A stretch of DNA of 64,000 nt from Sphingomonadaceae bacterium (lineage in GTDB: Bacteria > Pseudomonadota > Alphaproteobacteria > Sphingomonadales > Sphingomonadaceae), in contig JAXMDX010000010.1 of the NCBI GenBank assembly GCA_046348625.1, forward strand, positions 32,055 through 96,054, written 5' to 3'. The notes under the pieces are model-generated. The model worked only from the letters and a program-made list of their open reading frames with translations. It did not search any database and was not told where the DNA came from. Position numbers and translations under genes: made by a program. Shown here one piece after another: positions 39,188 to 49,258 of the stretch; positions within the stretch are counted from its first letter, which is position 1; each line of letters begins with the position of its first letter.

Positions 39188-40189
39188 ATGAGCGAAAAAT
39201 TCCCCATTCTTGTGACCGGCGGCGCCGGTTATATTGGCAGCCACGCTGTTCTGGCCCTGCGCGACGCGGGCTGGCCTGTCGTCGTGATCGACAATCTTGT
39301 CACCGGCTTTCGCTGGGCCGTTCCCGAAGGCGTCGGCTTTGTCGAAGCAGATATCGGCGATGCTGACGCCGTTTCGGCAGCGCTCACTGCCCACCGGATC
39401 GGTGCGATCATGCATTTTGCCGGATCGGTCGTCGTGCCGGAATCGGTAGAGAATCCGCTCAAATATTATCGCAACAACACAGCGAACAGCCGGACTCTGC
39501 TCGAAGCTGCAGTGACATGCGGTGTGCGCCACTTCATCTTTTCGTCAACGGCTGCAACCTATGGCATAGCAGAGACCGTTCCCGTCCGTGAAGACAGCCC
39601 GAAGCGGCCGATCAACCCCTATGGCATGTCCAAGCTGATGACCGAATTCATGCTTGCCGATGTCGCCGCGGCACACCCGATCAACTATTGTGCACTCCGC
39701 TATTTCAATGTGGCTGGTGCCGACCCGCAGCAGCGCACCGGACAATCGACGGCCGGCGCCACGCATCTCATCAAGGTTGCTGTCGAAGCGGCGACCGGCA
39801 AGCGCGACCATGTCACGATTTTCGGAACCGATTTCGCGACGCCCGACGGAACCGGCGTGCGTGACTATATCCATGTGTCCGATCTTGCCGCAGCCCATGT
39901 CCATGCACTCGAAAAGCTCATCGCAGACCCCGCGTCGAGCCACACAATGAACTGCGGCTATGGCAAAGGCTTTTCGGTGAGCGAAGTGCTCGATGCAGTC
40001 GACCGGGCGACCAACCTCAAGATCGAACGCCGCTTCGAGGGACGCCGCGCGGGCGATCCGGATGCCCTGATTGCCGACAACAGCAAGATTCTTGCAACCC
40101 TTCCCTGGCGTCCGCAGCGCGATAATCTGGACCTAATGGTGAAGGATGCCCTTGCCTGGGAACGGGTCCTGGCCGAACGCGGCAAATAG
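39188..40189 (+). CDS. galE: UDP-glucose 4-epimerase
   Basis: ORF 39080..40189 trimmed to ATG 39188 (MSEKFPILVTGGAGYIGSH). Catalytic YGMSKLM is present, with DGTGVRDYIHVSDLA. Confidence 0.9.
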   Translation: MSEKFPILVTGGAGYIGSHAVLALRDAGWPVVVIDNLVTGFRWAVPEGVGFVEADIGDADAVSAALTAHRIGAIMHFAGSVVVPESVENPLKYYRNNTANSRTLLEAAVTCGVRHFIFSSTAATYGIAETVPVREDSPKRPINPYGMSKLMTEFMLADVAAAHPINYCALRYFNVAGADPQQRTGQSTAGATHLIKVAVEAATGKRDHVTIFGTDFATPDGTGVRDYIHVSDLAAAHVHALEKLIADPASSHTMNCGYGKGFSVSEVLDAVDRATNLKIERRFEGRRAGDPDALIADNSKILATLPWRPQRDNLDLMVKDALAWERVLAERGK

Positions 40190-40229
40190 GCCTTCCCAAG
40201 GCCGTTGCACCTCGGGCATGAGGCAGGCC

Positions 40230-41144
40230 ATGAACCCGGAACTGTCCTTCATCGACCAGCTGCGTTCCATCGCGACGCACCCCGCGGCCCGGGGTCTGCT
40301 CGACGATGCGGCTGTCCTTGATGTGGGCGGCACCCGGCTGGTCCTGACGCTCGACACGCTGGTTGAAGGCGTCCACTACCTGCCTGACGACCCTGCCGAG
40401 ACCGTCGCATGGAAACTCGTTGCAGCAAACGCGTCCGATCTGGCGGCCAAGGGCGCAAAGCCGCTCGCAGCCCTTGCGTCCTACACGCTGACGGGCGATG
40501 CAGCCTGGGACAGCCGTTTCATCGCGGGCCTCGGCGAAGCGCTTGACCATTTCGGCATTGCCCTGATCGGCGGCGATACGGTTTCGGCCCGCGAACGCGC
40601 AATCGGGCTGACGCTGATCGGGGAAGCTGACGGGCTCGTGCCCTCCCGCAGTGGCGCCCATGAAGGCGATGCCCTGTTCGTGACCGGCGTGATCGGCGAT
40701 GCGGGCCTTGGCCTGGCAATCGCGCGCGGGGAGATGGCGGGCGCAGCCTCGCTGCTCAAGGCCTACCGCACGCCCGTCCCGCAGCTGGCGGCAGGGGCAG
40801 CACTGGCACCCACGGTCAGTGCCATGATGGACGTGTCCGACGGGCTGCTGATTGACGCGCTGCGGCTGGCAGATGCCAGCGGGGTTGCCGCAATGATAGA
40901 TCTTGATGCTGTTCCGCTTTCCGCAGAATTCCGCGATTTTCGCGGGGATGATCGCGCCGCGCGCCTGGCGGCGGCAACCGCCGGAGATGATTATCAGCTG
41001 CTCTTTGCATCTGCCCGCCCGCTGCCCTCATTGCCCTGCCCTGCGACCCGGATCGGGCAGATCGTGCGGGGTTCGGGCGTCCATCTTCACGACCGCGATG
41101 GCGCCGTACCACTGCCGATGACGCTGGGCTGGCTTCATCAATAG
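40230..41144 (+). CDS. thiL: thiamine-monophosphate kinase
   Basis: ORF 40146..41144 trimmed to ATG 40230; an alternative ATG is at 40218. AIR-synthase-like motifs are present (DDAAVL, DTLVEGVHY, NASDLAAKGA, DVSDGL). Confidence 0.85.
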   Translation: MNPELSFIDQLRSIATHPAARGLLDDAAVLDVGGTRLVLTLDTLVEGVHYLPDDPAETVAWKLVAANASDLAAKGAKPLAALASYTLTGDAAWDSRFIAGLGEALDHFGIALIGGDTVSARERAIGLTLIGEADGLVPSRSGAHEGDALFVTGVIGDAGLGLAIARGEMAGAASLLKAYRTPVPQLAAGAALAPTVSAMMDVSDGLLIDALRLADASGVAAMIDLDAVPLSAEFRDFRGDDRAARLAAATAGDDYQLLFASARPLPSLPCPATRIGQIVRGSGVHLHDRDGAVPLPMTLGWLHQ

Positions 41145-41273
41145 CCACACTGGCCGCGCCGAAAGCCTTGCCTTTGCGCGCAAAGCCCCTCTATAGCCCC
41201 GCCCGGATCCGCAAACGGGAGGCTTTGGGCCTTTCGGGATCGTTCAATTCGCTGGGGGAAAGGGAATACCCTT

Positions 41274-43382
41274 ATGTCAATCGTTACCATTGCAATCCTG
41301 TGTGGATTGCTTGCCGTTGTGTACGGCATCGTTACCAGCCGCCAGGTACTTGGCGCTTCGGCTGGCAACGACAAGATGCAGGAAATCGCTGCGGCGATCC
41401 AGGAAGGCGCTGGCGCCTATCTCGGTCGGCAGTATCGCACGATCGCCATCGTCGGTGTCGTTGTGGCCATTCTCGTTGCCTATTTTCTCGGCCCGCTTTC
41501 GGCGATCGGCTTTGCGCTCGGATCGGTCCTTTCGGGCGCGACCGGCTTTATCGGGATGAACATCTCGGTGCGTGCCAACGTCCGGACGGCAGCCGCAGCC
41601 CAGACGGGCCTGCAGGAAGGCCTGACGATGGCGTTTCGCGCGGGCGCGATCACGGGCATGCTCGTGGCAGGGCTTGCCTTGCTCGCGATCTCGGTTTTCT
41701 TCTGGTATCTGACCGGCCCTGCCGGCCATGCCCCGAATGACCGCATCGTCGTCGATGCGCTCGTCGCGCTGGCCTTTGGTGCATCGCTGATTTCCATCTT
41801 CGCCCGTCTCGGCGGCGGCATCTTCACCAAGGCGGCCGACGTCGGCGCCGACCTCGTCGGCAAGGTCGAGGCCGGAATTCCCGAGGACGATCCCCGCAAC
41901 CCGGCGGTTATTGCCGACAACGTTGGTGACAATGTGGGCGACTGCGCCGGCATGGCCGCCGACCTTTTCGAAACCTATGTCGTGACCATTGGCGCAACGA
42001 TGGTTCTGCTCGCGCTCCTCGTGAAGGGCGCGGACAATATCCTCGGCCTGATGAGCCTGCCGCTCCTGATCGGCGGCGTCTGCGTCATCACCTCGATCAT
42101 CGGCACCTATTTCGTCCGTCTCGGCGGCGGAAAGAACATCATGGGCGCCATGTACAAGGGCTTCCTCGTGACGGCCGTGCTTTCGGTCCCGGCGATCTGG
42201 TTCGCAACGAGCTATGCGCTGGGCGACATGGAAACCGTGATTGGCGCCAACCTTGATGGCACCGGCGGCTTTACCGGCCGGATGCTGTTCTATTGCTCGC
42301 TGCTCGGCCTTGTCATCACGGGCCTGATCATCTGGATCACCGAATATTACACGGGCACCAACTATCGCCCGGTCCGGTCGATCGCCAAGGCTTCGGAAAC
42401 GGGCCACGGCACCAACGTGATCCAGGGTCTCGCGATCAGCCTTGAATCGACGGCAATGCCAACGCTGGTGATCTGCGCGGGCATCATCATCGCCTTCAAG
42501 CTGGCCGGCCTGATCGGCATTGCCTTTGCGGCAACTGCGATGCTGGCGCTTGCCGGCATGGTCGTGGCGCTCGATGCCTATGGTCCTGTCACCGACAATG
42601 CCGGCGGCATTGCCGAAATGGCCGGGCTCGATGACTCGGTTCGTGAAAAGACCGACGCGCTTGACGCGGTGGGCAACACCACAAAGGCTGTGACCAAGGG
42701 CTATGCCATTGGCTCGGCCGGTCTTGCGGCACTCGTCCTGTTCGCAGCCTACACCACCGACCTTCGGGAATTCTTCCCCGATCTCCAGGTCAATTTCAGC
42801 CTTGAGAACCCCTATGTCATCGTCGGGCTCCTGCTCGGCGCGCTGCTCCCGTACCTGTTCGGTGCGATGGGCATGACGGCGGTGGGTCGTGCTGCGGGTG
42901 AAGTGGTGAAGGACGTCCGGGACCAGTTCGCAAAGAACCCCGGTATCATGACCTATGAAACCAAGCCGAACTATGCCCGCACGGTCGATCTCGTCACCAA
43001 GGCGGCGATCCGCGAAATGATCATTCCATCGCTGCTGCCTGTGCTGGCACCGATCCTGGTCTATTTCGTGATCACGGCTGTTGCAGGGCAGGATAACGGC
43101 TTTGCAGCGCTCGGTGCGCTTCTTCTTGGCGTGATCGTCGGCGGCCTGTTCGTCGCCATCTCGATGACGTCGGGCGGCGGTGCATGGGACAATGCGAAGA
43201 AGTTCATCGAAGACGGCAACCACGGCGGCAAGGGCTCTGAAGCCCACAAGGCAGCCGTGACCGGCGATACGGTTGGCGATCCCTACAAGGATACTGCCGG
43301 TCCGGCCGTCAACCCGATGATCAAGATCACGAACATCGTGGCGCTCCTGCTGCTCGCAGCACTGGCGCATGGCGCGATGTAA
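41274..43382 (+). CDS. hppA: membrane-bound H+-translocating pyrophosphatase (K+-independent type)
   Basis: 702 aa with about 15 TM segments. Motifs [19 protein letters not shown] and [19 protein letters not shown] are present. The Lys in GNTTKA is the published marker of K+-independent PPases. Confidence 0.95.
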   Translation: MSIVTIAILCGLLAVVYGIVTSRQVLGASAGNDKMQEIAAAIQEGAGAYLGRQYRTIAIVGVVVAILVAYFLGPLSAIGFALGSVLSGATGFIGMNISVRANVRTAAAAQTGLQEGLTMAFRAGAITGMLVAGLALLAISVFFWYLTGPAGHAPNDRIVVDALVALAFGASLISIFARLGGGIFTKAADVGADLVGKVEAGIPEDDPRNPAVIADNVGDNVGDCAGMAADLFETYVVTIGATMVLLALLVKGADNILGLMSLPLLIGGVCVITSIIGTYFVRLGGGKNIMGAMYKGFLVTAVLSVPAIWFATSYALGDMETVIGANLDGTGGFTGRMLFYCSLLGLVITGLIIWITEYYTGTNYRPVRSIAKASETGHGTNVIQGLAISLESTAMPTLVICAGIIIAFKLAGLIGIAFAATAMLALAGMVVALDAYGPVTDNAGGIAEMAGLDDSVREKTDALDAVGNTTKAVTKGYAIGSAGLAALVLFAAYTTDLREFFPDLQVNFSLENPYVIVGLLLGALLPYLFGAMGMTAVGRAAGEVVKDVRDQFAKNPGIMTYETKPNYARTVDLVTKAAIREMIIPSLLPVLAPILVYFVITAVAGQDNGFAALGALLLGVIVGGLFVAISMTSGGGAWDNAKKFIEDGNHGGKGSEAHKAAVTGDTVGDPYKDTAGPAVNPMIKITNIVALLLLAALAHGAM

Positions 43383-43409
43383 ACCGATCACATCACCAAG
43401 GTCTGAAAG

Positions 43410-43444
43410 CCCCGTCCGGAGACATCCGGGCGGGGTTTTTGTTT
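43410..43444 (+). terminator. rho-independent terminator of hppA
   Basis: CCCCGTCCGG-agacat-CCGGGCGGGG forms a 10-bp stem with one G.U pair. It is followed by TTTTTGTTT and lies 28 nt after the hppA stop. Confidence 0.75.
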
Positions 43445-43529
43445 GTCTGTATTGCGCGAAGGACATTTACTGCTTGAATTTGACTTGCCCTTTGCCCAGC
43501 ATCTTTCATCGGCTGGGGGAGGGGTGGCC

Positions 43530-45491
43530 ATGCTTCGTGCGTTCGCTTTGGGAGTGTCATTGTTTCTTGCCGGTTCGGCGCTGGCCGAAGGGACCAAGCC
43601 AGCCACGCCTGAAGGTGCTCCCGCCGCTTCACCCATCACGATCGAGGATTTTGGCGGCCTGCCCTTTTTTCAGGATCCGTCGCTCTCCCCCAATGGTCAG
43701 TTCCTTGCCGCGCGGCTGGCGGGGGACGGCAAGCAAACGCTGTCGATCATTTCCCTGTTCGACAAGTCCATCCCGACCAGATCGTACAATATAGACTCCG
43801 AAGAGATGTCGCTCGACGGCTGGCAATGGGTCAATGACGAATGGCTGGTTGCGACAGTCAGCCGGACCGTGCCGGTCGAAGGAGACACGTGGCGCGTCTC
43901 GCGCATCATCGGGATTGGCCGCAACAGCCAGAAACTCGTGACACCCTTGTGGGATGATGCCGCGCAGAATGCATCCGATATCCTGTGGGTGGCCCGTGAC
44001 GGCAGCCCCCGCCTTCTGTTCGGCATGCAGACGAGCATCTTTTCCGATGAAGATGGCTTTTACGACACAGTCTACGAAGTCGATATCTCGAAAGGCAAGA
44101 CAAGAAAGATTGTATCGGCAAAGGCGCCCATAACCTCCTATTTCGCCGATGCCAGCGGCTTCGTGCGCATGGGCTATGGCTATGACTACAGCACGCGCAA
44201 ATCGCGGCTGACCTATCGTGCACCGGGTGAAGGCACATTCCACGTGATCGACCGGGCAGACACCAAAAAGGACGAGGACCTGATATTTCCGGCCCTGTTT
44301 CTGGCCGATCCTGCAAAGGCCCTCACATTTGCCGATGATGAAGATGGCTTTACCCGGCTCTACGATCTCGCGCTGCCAACACTGGTCCGGGGTGAAAGCC
44401 GGTTTGGCGTAAAGGGATATGATATCGGGGACATCATCCGCAACGCCTCGGGGGACGATGTTGCCGGCATCTGGGTGACGGAGGATCGGCCCCGGATTCA
44501 ATGGCTTGACGCAGGCCTTGCAGAGACGCAGGCTCTGTTCGACAAGGCGGTTGGGGCTGGCAGGGCGCGGATCGTCGACTGGGATCAGAGCCGGACCAAG
44601 CTGCTGGTCTTCGTCGGCGGACCCGATCAGGCAGGCAGCTATTATTATTTCAACCGTGCGGGCGGCGACAGCCTGAAGCTCATTGCGTTCAGTGATGAAA
44701 AATTGAAAATGCGTCACTTCTCTGCTGTGTCGACCATTCACTATGCCGCGCGCGACGGGATGGACATTCCTGCGGTGTTGACGCTTCCTAAAGGCCGGGA
44801 GGCGAAGAACCTGCCCCTGATCCTGTTGCCGCACGGTGGCCCGCAATCACGTGACTTCGAACAATGGGACTGGATCGCCCAAGCACTCGCCTTTCGCGGC
44901 TATGCTGTGGTCCAACCGAATTTCCGCGGCTCTACCGGCTTTGGCACCAAGCATCTGGAGGCGGGAGAGGGCGAATGGGGCCTGAAGATGCAGGATGACC
45001 TGAATGATGCGGTCGATCACCTCGCAGCCAAGGGCATGATCGACCCGAAGCGGGTGTGCATCCTTGGTGCATCCTATGGCGGATATGCTGCCATGCGGGC
45101 GGCACAGCGCGACGGCGGCCGCTTCCGCTGCGCCATTTCCTATGCGGGCGTTTCCGATCTCGGGCGCATGGCGCGCTATGACTCGAAATTCCTCGAAGGG
45201 GCGGAATTCAAGCAGTCATTGCGCAAAAAGGCACCCGATTTCGATGCGGTTTCGCCCCTTCGCTTCCCGGAACAATTCTCGACGCCGATCCTGTTGATCC
45301 ATGGCAAGCTGGATTTGCGCGTGCCCGTCGAACAGTCCCGCGGCATGGCTGCACGGCTGAAAGCGGCCGGCAAGACCTATCGCTATGTCGAACAGCCGCT
45401 GGGCGATCACCATTTCAGCAGGGCGGCTGACCGCATCCAGTTCCTTCAGGAAACGGACGCCTTCCTGCGCCAGTATAATCCGGCGGATTGA
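43530..45491 (+). CDS. S9-family serine peptidase (prolyl oligopeptidase / dipeptidyl aminopeptidase-like), exported
   Basis: ORF 43443..45491 trimmed to ATG 43530, with a GGGGGAGGGG SD-like run upstream. Signal peptide is MLRAFALGVSLFLAGSALAEG. The nucleophile elbow is GASYGGY, with the C-terminal IHGKLDLRVP and GDHHF completing the triad. Confidence 0.85.
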   Translation: MLRAFALGVSLFLAGSALAEGTKPATPEGAPAASPITIEDFGGLPFFQDPSLSPNGQFLAARLAGDGKQTLSIISLFDKSIPTRSYNIDSEEMSLDGWQWVNDEWLVATVSRTVPVEGDTWRVSRIIGIGRNSQKLVTPLWDDAAQNASDILWVARDGSPRLLFGMQTSIFSDEDGFYDTVYEVDISKGKTRKIVSAKAPITSYFADASGFVRMGYGYDYSTRKSRLTYRAPGEGTFHVIDRADTKKDEDLIFPALFLADPAKALTFADDEDGFTRLYDLALPTLVRGESRFGVKGYDIGDIIRNASGDDVAGIWVTEDRPRIQWLDAGLAETQALFDKAVGAGRARIVDWDQSRTKLLVFVGGPDQAGSYYYFNRAGGDSLKLIAFSDEKLKMRHFSAVSTIHYAARDGMDIPAVLTLPKGREAKNLPLILLPHGGPQSRDFEQWDWIAQALAFRGYAVVQPNFRGSTGFGTKHLEAGEGEWGLKMQDDLNDAVDHLAAKGMIDPKRVCILGASYGGYAAMRAAQRDGGRFRCAISYAGVSDLGRMARYDSKFLEGAEFKQSLRKKAPDFDAVSPLRFPEQFSTPILLIHGKLDLRVPVEQSRGMAARLKAAGKTYRYVEQPLGDHHFSRAADRIQFLQETDAFLRQYNPAD

Positions 45492-45591
45492 TCACGGCGC
45501 CAGCATCTTCCCTGCGACGCGGTTGGAAATGGGCCGTTTGCGGCCACCATCGCCACCTTTAAAAACGCCGGTGGCATCGACCCCAAGCGAA

Positions 45592-45644
45592 CCTCAGCCG
45601 GTCTTATTCTACCGGAGGGGAGTGACAAGTTTGACGAGTTCCGG
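45592..45644 (+). repeat. 53-nt repeat element, copy A (looser similarity extends left to about 45528)
   Basis: CCTCAGCCGGTCTTATTCTACCGGAGGGGAGTGACAAGTTTGACGAGTTCCGG matches copy B at 47 of 53 positions (hand-aligned). It contains two overlapping hairpins, CCGGT..ACCGG and CCGGA..TCCGG. Confidence 0.7.
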
Positions 45645-45664
45645 CGAGCGCGGATGGTGCCGCG

Positions 45665-45904
45665 TCAGGCGATTTCCGATTCCTCGACGACAGGGCGGCT
45701 TTCGCGGGTTCCCCGCATGCGGCTGGCGGGATCGTTGGGATCAGCACTGATGATGACATGATCGTCATGCACTTCGAGCAACGTTCCGACAAACGGCCAG
45801 TCGCTCAGGCTTCCGGTAACCCGGTAACTGACCGTATCGCCAACCTTGAAGCTCTTTTCGTCGAAATTGAATTCGAACGGACAGTCTTCGCCCATGCCTT
45901 GCAT
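45665..45904 (-). CDS. small hypothetical protein
   Basis: 79 aa, MQGMGEDCPFEFNFDEKSFKVGDTVSYRV.... Composition looks coding. No family recognised. Confidence 0.5.
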   Translation of the reverse strand: MQGMGEDCPFEFNFDEKSFKVGDTVSYRVTGSLSDWPFVGTLLEVHDDHVIISADPNDPASRMRGTRESRPVVEESEIA

Positions 45905-46016
45905 GATCTCTCGCCTTTTGTCTGTTTCGGGGCGATATAGTCAGCAACACCGGGGATTCCAACCGCAGGTGCTGGCGTCCTTAGTCCATTTTGCTATCTC
46001 TGGCCGGTAGGGGGCC

Positions 46017-47567
46017 ATGATGACATTGACCAGATTGCTGTTGCCGCTGCTGATTGCCTCGGCTGTGCCTGTTGGCGCTGCGGTTCCGGTGGAGCAGCAA
46101 ACTCTGTCGAGCCTGGCAGGGGCGATTGCCAAAGGCGAGATCACCAGCGAGCAGGCGGTCAAAGCCTATCTGAAACGTATTGCCGAGATTGATGACAGCG
46201 GGCCGATGTTGAACGCGGTGATCGCGCTCGACCCGGATGGTGTCAGGCAAGCCCGGCGGCTCGACAAGGAAAGGCGCAGAGGCAAAATCCGCGGACCGCT
46301 GCACGGTGTTCCGATCTTGCTGAAAGACAATATCGAGGCCGCGGGCGCGATGCCGACAACCGCAGGGTCCTTGGCCCTGAAGGACAATATCACCAACCGC
46401 GACGCGTTTCTGGTCGCAAGGCTGAAAGCGGCGGGGGCGATCATCCTTGGCAAGACCAACCTGTCCGAATGGGCGAATATCCGGTCGGACAAATCGACCA
46501 GCGGCTGGAGCGCGGTGGGCGGCCTGACCAGGAACCCGCATTCGTTGGCGCACAACACATGCGGGTCCTCGGCTGGCAGTGGCGCAGCGATGGCAGCGCA
46601 ATTGGCGGCGGCAACTGTGGGGACAGAAACCGATGGTTCGATCACCTGCCCTGCGTCGATCAATGGCGTGGTCGGTTTCAAACCCACCGTTGGCCTTGTC
46701 TCGCGCCGTTTCATTGTGCCGATCAGCCATACGCAGGACACTGCCGGGCCGATCACGCTGACCGTGCGGGACGCCGCACTGATGCTGACCGCGATGGCCG
46801 GCACCGATCCAGAGGATAAGGCGACAGTCGAAGCAGACGCGCGCAAACGCGATTATGCACAGGCTCTGTCGAAGGACGGACTGAGGGGCCTGCGCGTCGG
46901 GCTGGTCGAAATGCCGGGCGTTGATCCCGCTTTGATCGCGAGGGCCAAGGCGCGGCTGGTGGCGGCGGGCGCTCTTGTCCTGCCTCTGAAGCTGAACCCC
47001 TCGGATGACAGCGGACTGGGAGAGGCCGAATTCAAGATCCTGCTGGCCGAATTGAAGGCCGATCTGGCCAGCTATCTGCAAGCCCTGCCCCCCGGCACAG
47101 TCGCGCACAAAAGCCTTGCCGACATTATCGCGTTCAACAAGGCCAACGCGGCCACGGAACTCGCCTATTTCGGGCAGGAGACATTCGAGCTCGCCGACAA
47201 GGAAGCAGGGCTGGACAGTGCCGCCTATCTGGAGGCTGTGGCGAAAGCCCGCCGCCTGTCGCGCACCGAAGGCCTCGACAAGCTGTTCGCCGACAACAAT
47301 CTGGACGTGATCGTTGGCCAAACCAGCAGCCCGGCATGGCTCTCCACACTTGGCAAAGGTGATGCCTTTGCGCCGCCCAGCCTGAGCGAACTCCCCGCCA
47401 CCGCAGGCTATCCGCATTTGACGGTCCCGATGGGTGCGGTTGACGGCTTGCCCGTGGGATTGAGCTTCATCGGTGGGCAGTGGCAAGATGCCAAGGTCCT
47501 GAGCGCAGGCTATGCCTTTGAGCAGGCTGGACCGGACTTGCGCATCAAGCCGGCCTTCAAACCCTGA
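46017..47567 (+). CDS. exported amidase (amidase-signature family)
   Basis: 516 aa. Signal peptide is MMTLTRLLLPLLIASAVPVGAA. Motifs GKTNLSEWAN, CGSSAGSGAAMAA and GTETDGSITCPAS are present. Confidence 0.9.
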   Translation: MMTLTRLLLPLLIASAVPVGAAVPVEQQTLSSLAGAIAKGEITSEQAVKAYLKRIAEIDDSGPMLNAVIALDPDGVRQARRLDKERRRGKIRGPLHGVPILLKDNIEAAGAMPTTAGSLALKDNITNRDAFLVARLKAAGAIILGKTNLSEWANIRSDKSTSGWSAVGGLTRNPHSLAHNTCGSSAGSGAAMAAQLAAATVGTETDGSITCPASINGVVGFKPTVGLVSRRFIVPISHTQDTAGPITLTVRDAALMLTAMAGTDPEDKATVEADARKRDYAQALSKDGLRGLRVGLVEMPGVDPALIARAKARLVAAGALVLPLKLNPSDDSGLGEAEFKILLAELKADLASYLQALPPGTVAHKSLADIIAFNKANAATELAYFGQETFELADKEAGLDSAAYLEAVAKARRLSRTEGLDKLFADNNLDVIVGQTSSPAWLSTLGKGDAFAPPSLSELPATAGYPHLTVPMGAVDGLPVGLSFIGGQWQDAKVLSAGYAFEQAGPDLRIKPAFKP

Positions 47568-47840
47568 ACGAAAAGGGCCGGGCAACATCCTGAGACAGGG
47601 GAGATGCGGGAAAGCGCCGCGGCAATCACCCGTCTATTCGTCCGAAGCCCGCGCATCGGTGGCGATCAATCGCGTTCGGAGCCAGCCTGGCGTCCAACCG
47701 CGCGCCAGCCGGTCCCGCCAAGTCAACGGACGCGGCGCGCCGACCGGCCAGATCCTGTCCACATCAATGGTCGCAAAGTCGGAGCGCGTCCCTTCGATGC
47801 AGACATCCCGGCCCGCTCAAGTAGTCCACGCGCCCTGAAG

Positions 47841-48791
47841 CTATGCAGGAACCAGTGCGCGCCATCCTGCGTGCGGAGCCTGTAGAGATGGCGCGGCTGC
47901 GTCGGAGAGGGCGAGAGCCTCCCCTGCAAAGCAAGAAACTGTCCCTTGGGCATATAAGCTCTCCCGCAAGGCCGAAACGCGGGCGCCCCCGCATTCGACG
48001 TCACATCCAAATCGAGTCGGGGGAGTTAGTAAACCGCTGGGAACAGCCCTGCGACCTTTAGACCCGAGGGCCCTGGACATACATCGCAGGCCCCCGACCG
48101 CGCAGGGTCGAGGATGTGCGGGCTGTTGCAGCGCAGCCCAACCACTTGAAGAGGAGATTCTGACCACAGCGCGCGCCGTGCGTAGCGGCGCCAAGCCGGT
48201 ATGGTTCAGCGCAGAAGCTGAGGCAATGGGGAAGAGAAAAGACATGTCTGCTTTCGACCCCATTGCGGACTTTATGATCAGACTGAGGCTCCGGTCAACG
48301 GCTGGCAAGATCCATGTGACCTGATCCTCTGTAAGTGCTCGCGTGGGTATGAAATTCATAACCGCATCGCTTTGCCTCAAAAGAATGACATCATTCCCTG
48401 CGTCTATGCCGGTAAAGTCATCCCAAACGAAATTAGATTGCCCCCTTACCGACTTGAATGTGATACCTTTGTCGTTCCATTCGACAGTTGTCGTCCCGTG
48501 AAGGGACTTTTGCTGAGCATAGATAGTGCGGGATTGGCGGGGCAGTCGCAAATAGGCTGCACCAAAAATAGCCGTGATGAACAGCATCCAATAAGCCACA
48601 CCAATTGCCGCAGCGATCGGTAGGGCAGCAAATGGCCAAATCCATGCTGCGGCGGCGCAGAGTACTCCAACAGCCAGTCCGCCCACAAGAAGGTTGCGCT
48701 GCACTCGCTTTGTTTTGAGCCTAGTCTTTAGGTTCAGGCGGTATGCCGCCAGCAAATCTTCGGCTGAGGTGTTGAATGTCGCTGTCTGCAT
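47841..48791 (-). CDS. YcxB-like two-TM protein, apparently fused at its 3' end to non-coding read-through
   Basis: ORF 47841..48911 has a TTG start; I trimmed it to ATG 48791. The first roughly 170 aa (MQTATFNTSAEDLL..., two TM helices, then WNDKGITFKS...FVWDDF...ILLRQSDAVMNFIPTRAL) resemble the YcxB family. After about nt 48290 the frame becomes Ala/Arg/Ser/Gly/Cys-rich and high-GC, and looks non-coding. Confidence 0.5.
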   Translation of the reverse strand: MQTATFNTSAEDLLAAYRLNLKTRLKTKRVQRNLLVGGLAVGVLCAAAAWIWPFAALPIAAAIGVAYWMLFITAIFGAAYLRLPRQSRTIYAQQKSLHGTTTVEWNDKGITFKSVRGQSNFVWDDFTGIDAGNDVILLRQSDAVMNFIPTRALTEDQVTWILPAVDRSLSLIIKSAMGSKADMSFLFPIASASALNHTGLAPLRTARAVVRISSSSGWAALQQPAHPRPCAVGGLRCMSRALGSKGRRAVPSGLLTPPTRFGCDVECGGARVSALRESLYAQGTVSCFAGEALALSDAAAPSLQAPHAGWRALVPA

Positions 48792-48826
48792 GCGGCGACC
48801 GTGCCACCGAGCTGCTAATTCCGCAA

Positions 48827-48853
48827 CGGCAGCTTTCCACCCCAAAGCTGCCG
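48827..48853. repeat. perfect hairpin CGGCAGCTTT-ccacccc-AAAGCTGCCG; its 20-mer recurs at 50625-50644
   Basis: 10-bp perfect stem with a 7-nt loop. GGCAGCTTTCCACCCCAAAG is identical at 48828-48847 and 50625-50644. A weaker CCTTCCACCCCTTA lies at about 49248-49261. Confidence 0.75.
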
Positions 48854-48914
48854 GAGCGGTCTTGCAGAATGCGACCCCATTGCGGACATCGGGGATTTTT
48901 CCGATATACAAGCG

Positions 48915-49241
48915 ATGATCCGTTTGACCCCGCCTTTACGGAAGCTGCTCGACCTGTGGACGCGTCAGCGGGAGTCGGCCCTGTGGCAAATGACAGGACG
49001 GAAAACTGTTGGTCAGCGTATCGCCGGTTTCTCGAAGTCCGAACGCATTGATGCTAAATTCTTGCTCCTCGCGCTCGCCCCGACTGTCCCGTGCATTATC
49101 TCTGACCAATTTGGCTGGTCACGCGGCACTTTGTGGAACACTTGGTTTTGGATCAGCGTGCTATGGGCAATCACTATCTTTGCTTTCGGGCTCGTTGGAT
49201 ATTTGCGAGCTTTCAGGCGATCACTGAGAAATAAGCGTTAG
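48915..49241 (+). CDS. hypothetical small membrane protein
   Basis: 108 aa in a low-GC segment. Two hydrophobic segments are present (FLLLALAPTVPCII, WFWISVLWAITIFAFGLVGYL). No family recognised. The start may be the internal MTGRK. Confidence 0.4.
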   Translation: MIRLTPPLRKLLDLWTRQRESALWQMTGRKTVGQRIAGFSKSERIDAKFLLLALAPTVPCIISDQFGWSRGTLWNTWFWISVLWAITIFAFGLVGYLRAFRRSLRNKR

Positions 49242-49258
49242 CGTCCGCCTTCCACCCC

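Noticed and set aside
41145-41273. Possible sigma-70 promoter for hppA (TTGCCT-N18-TATAGC) in the thiL-hppA spacer.
   Set aside because: It is plausible but rests on a single weak hexamer match, and alphaproteobacterial promoters are degenerate. It is not supportable without transcription-start data.
45592-45644. Reading the minus strand of the 53-nt repeat as a sigma-70 or ECF promoter (TAGAAT/TAAAAT box; GGAAC).
   Set aside because: The -35 candidates are at the wrong spacing: 11 or 20 nt for TTGTCA, and no CGTT or TCAAA at ECF spacing. Copy A would also fire into the 3' end of a convergent gene.
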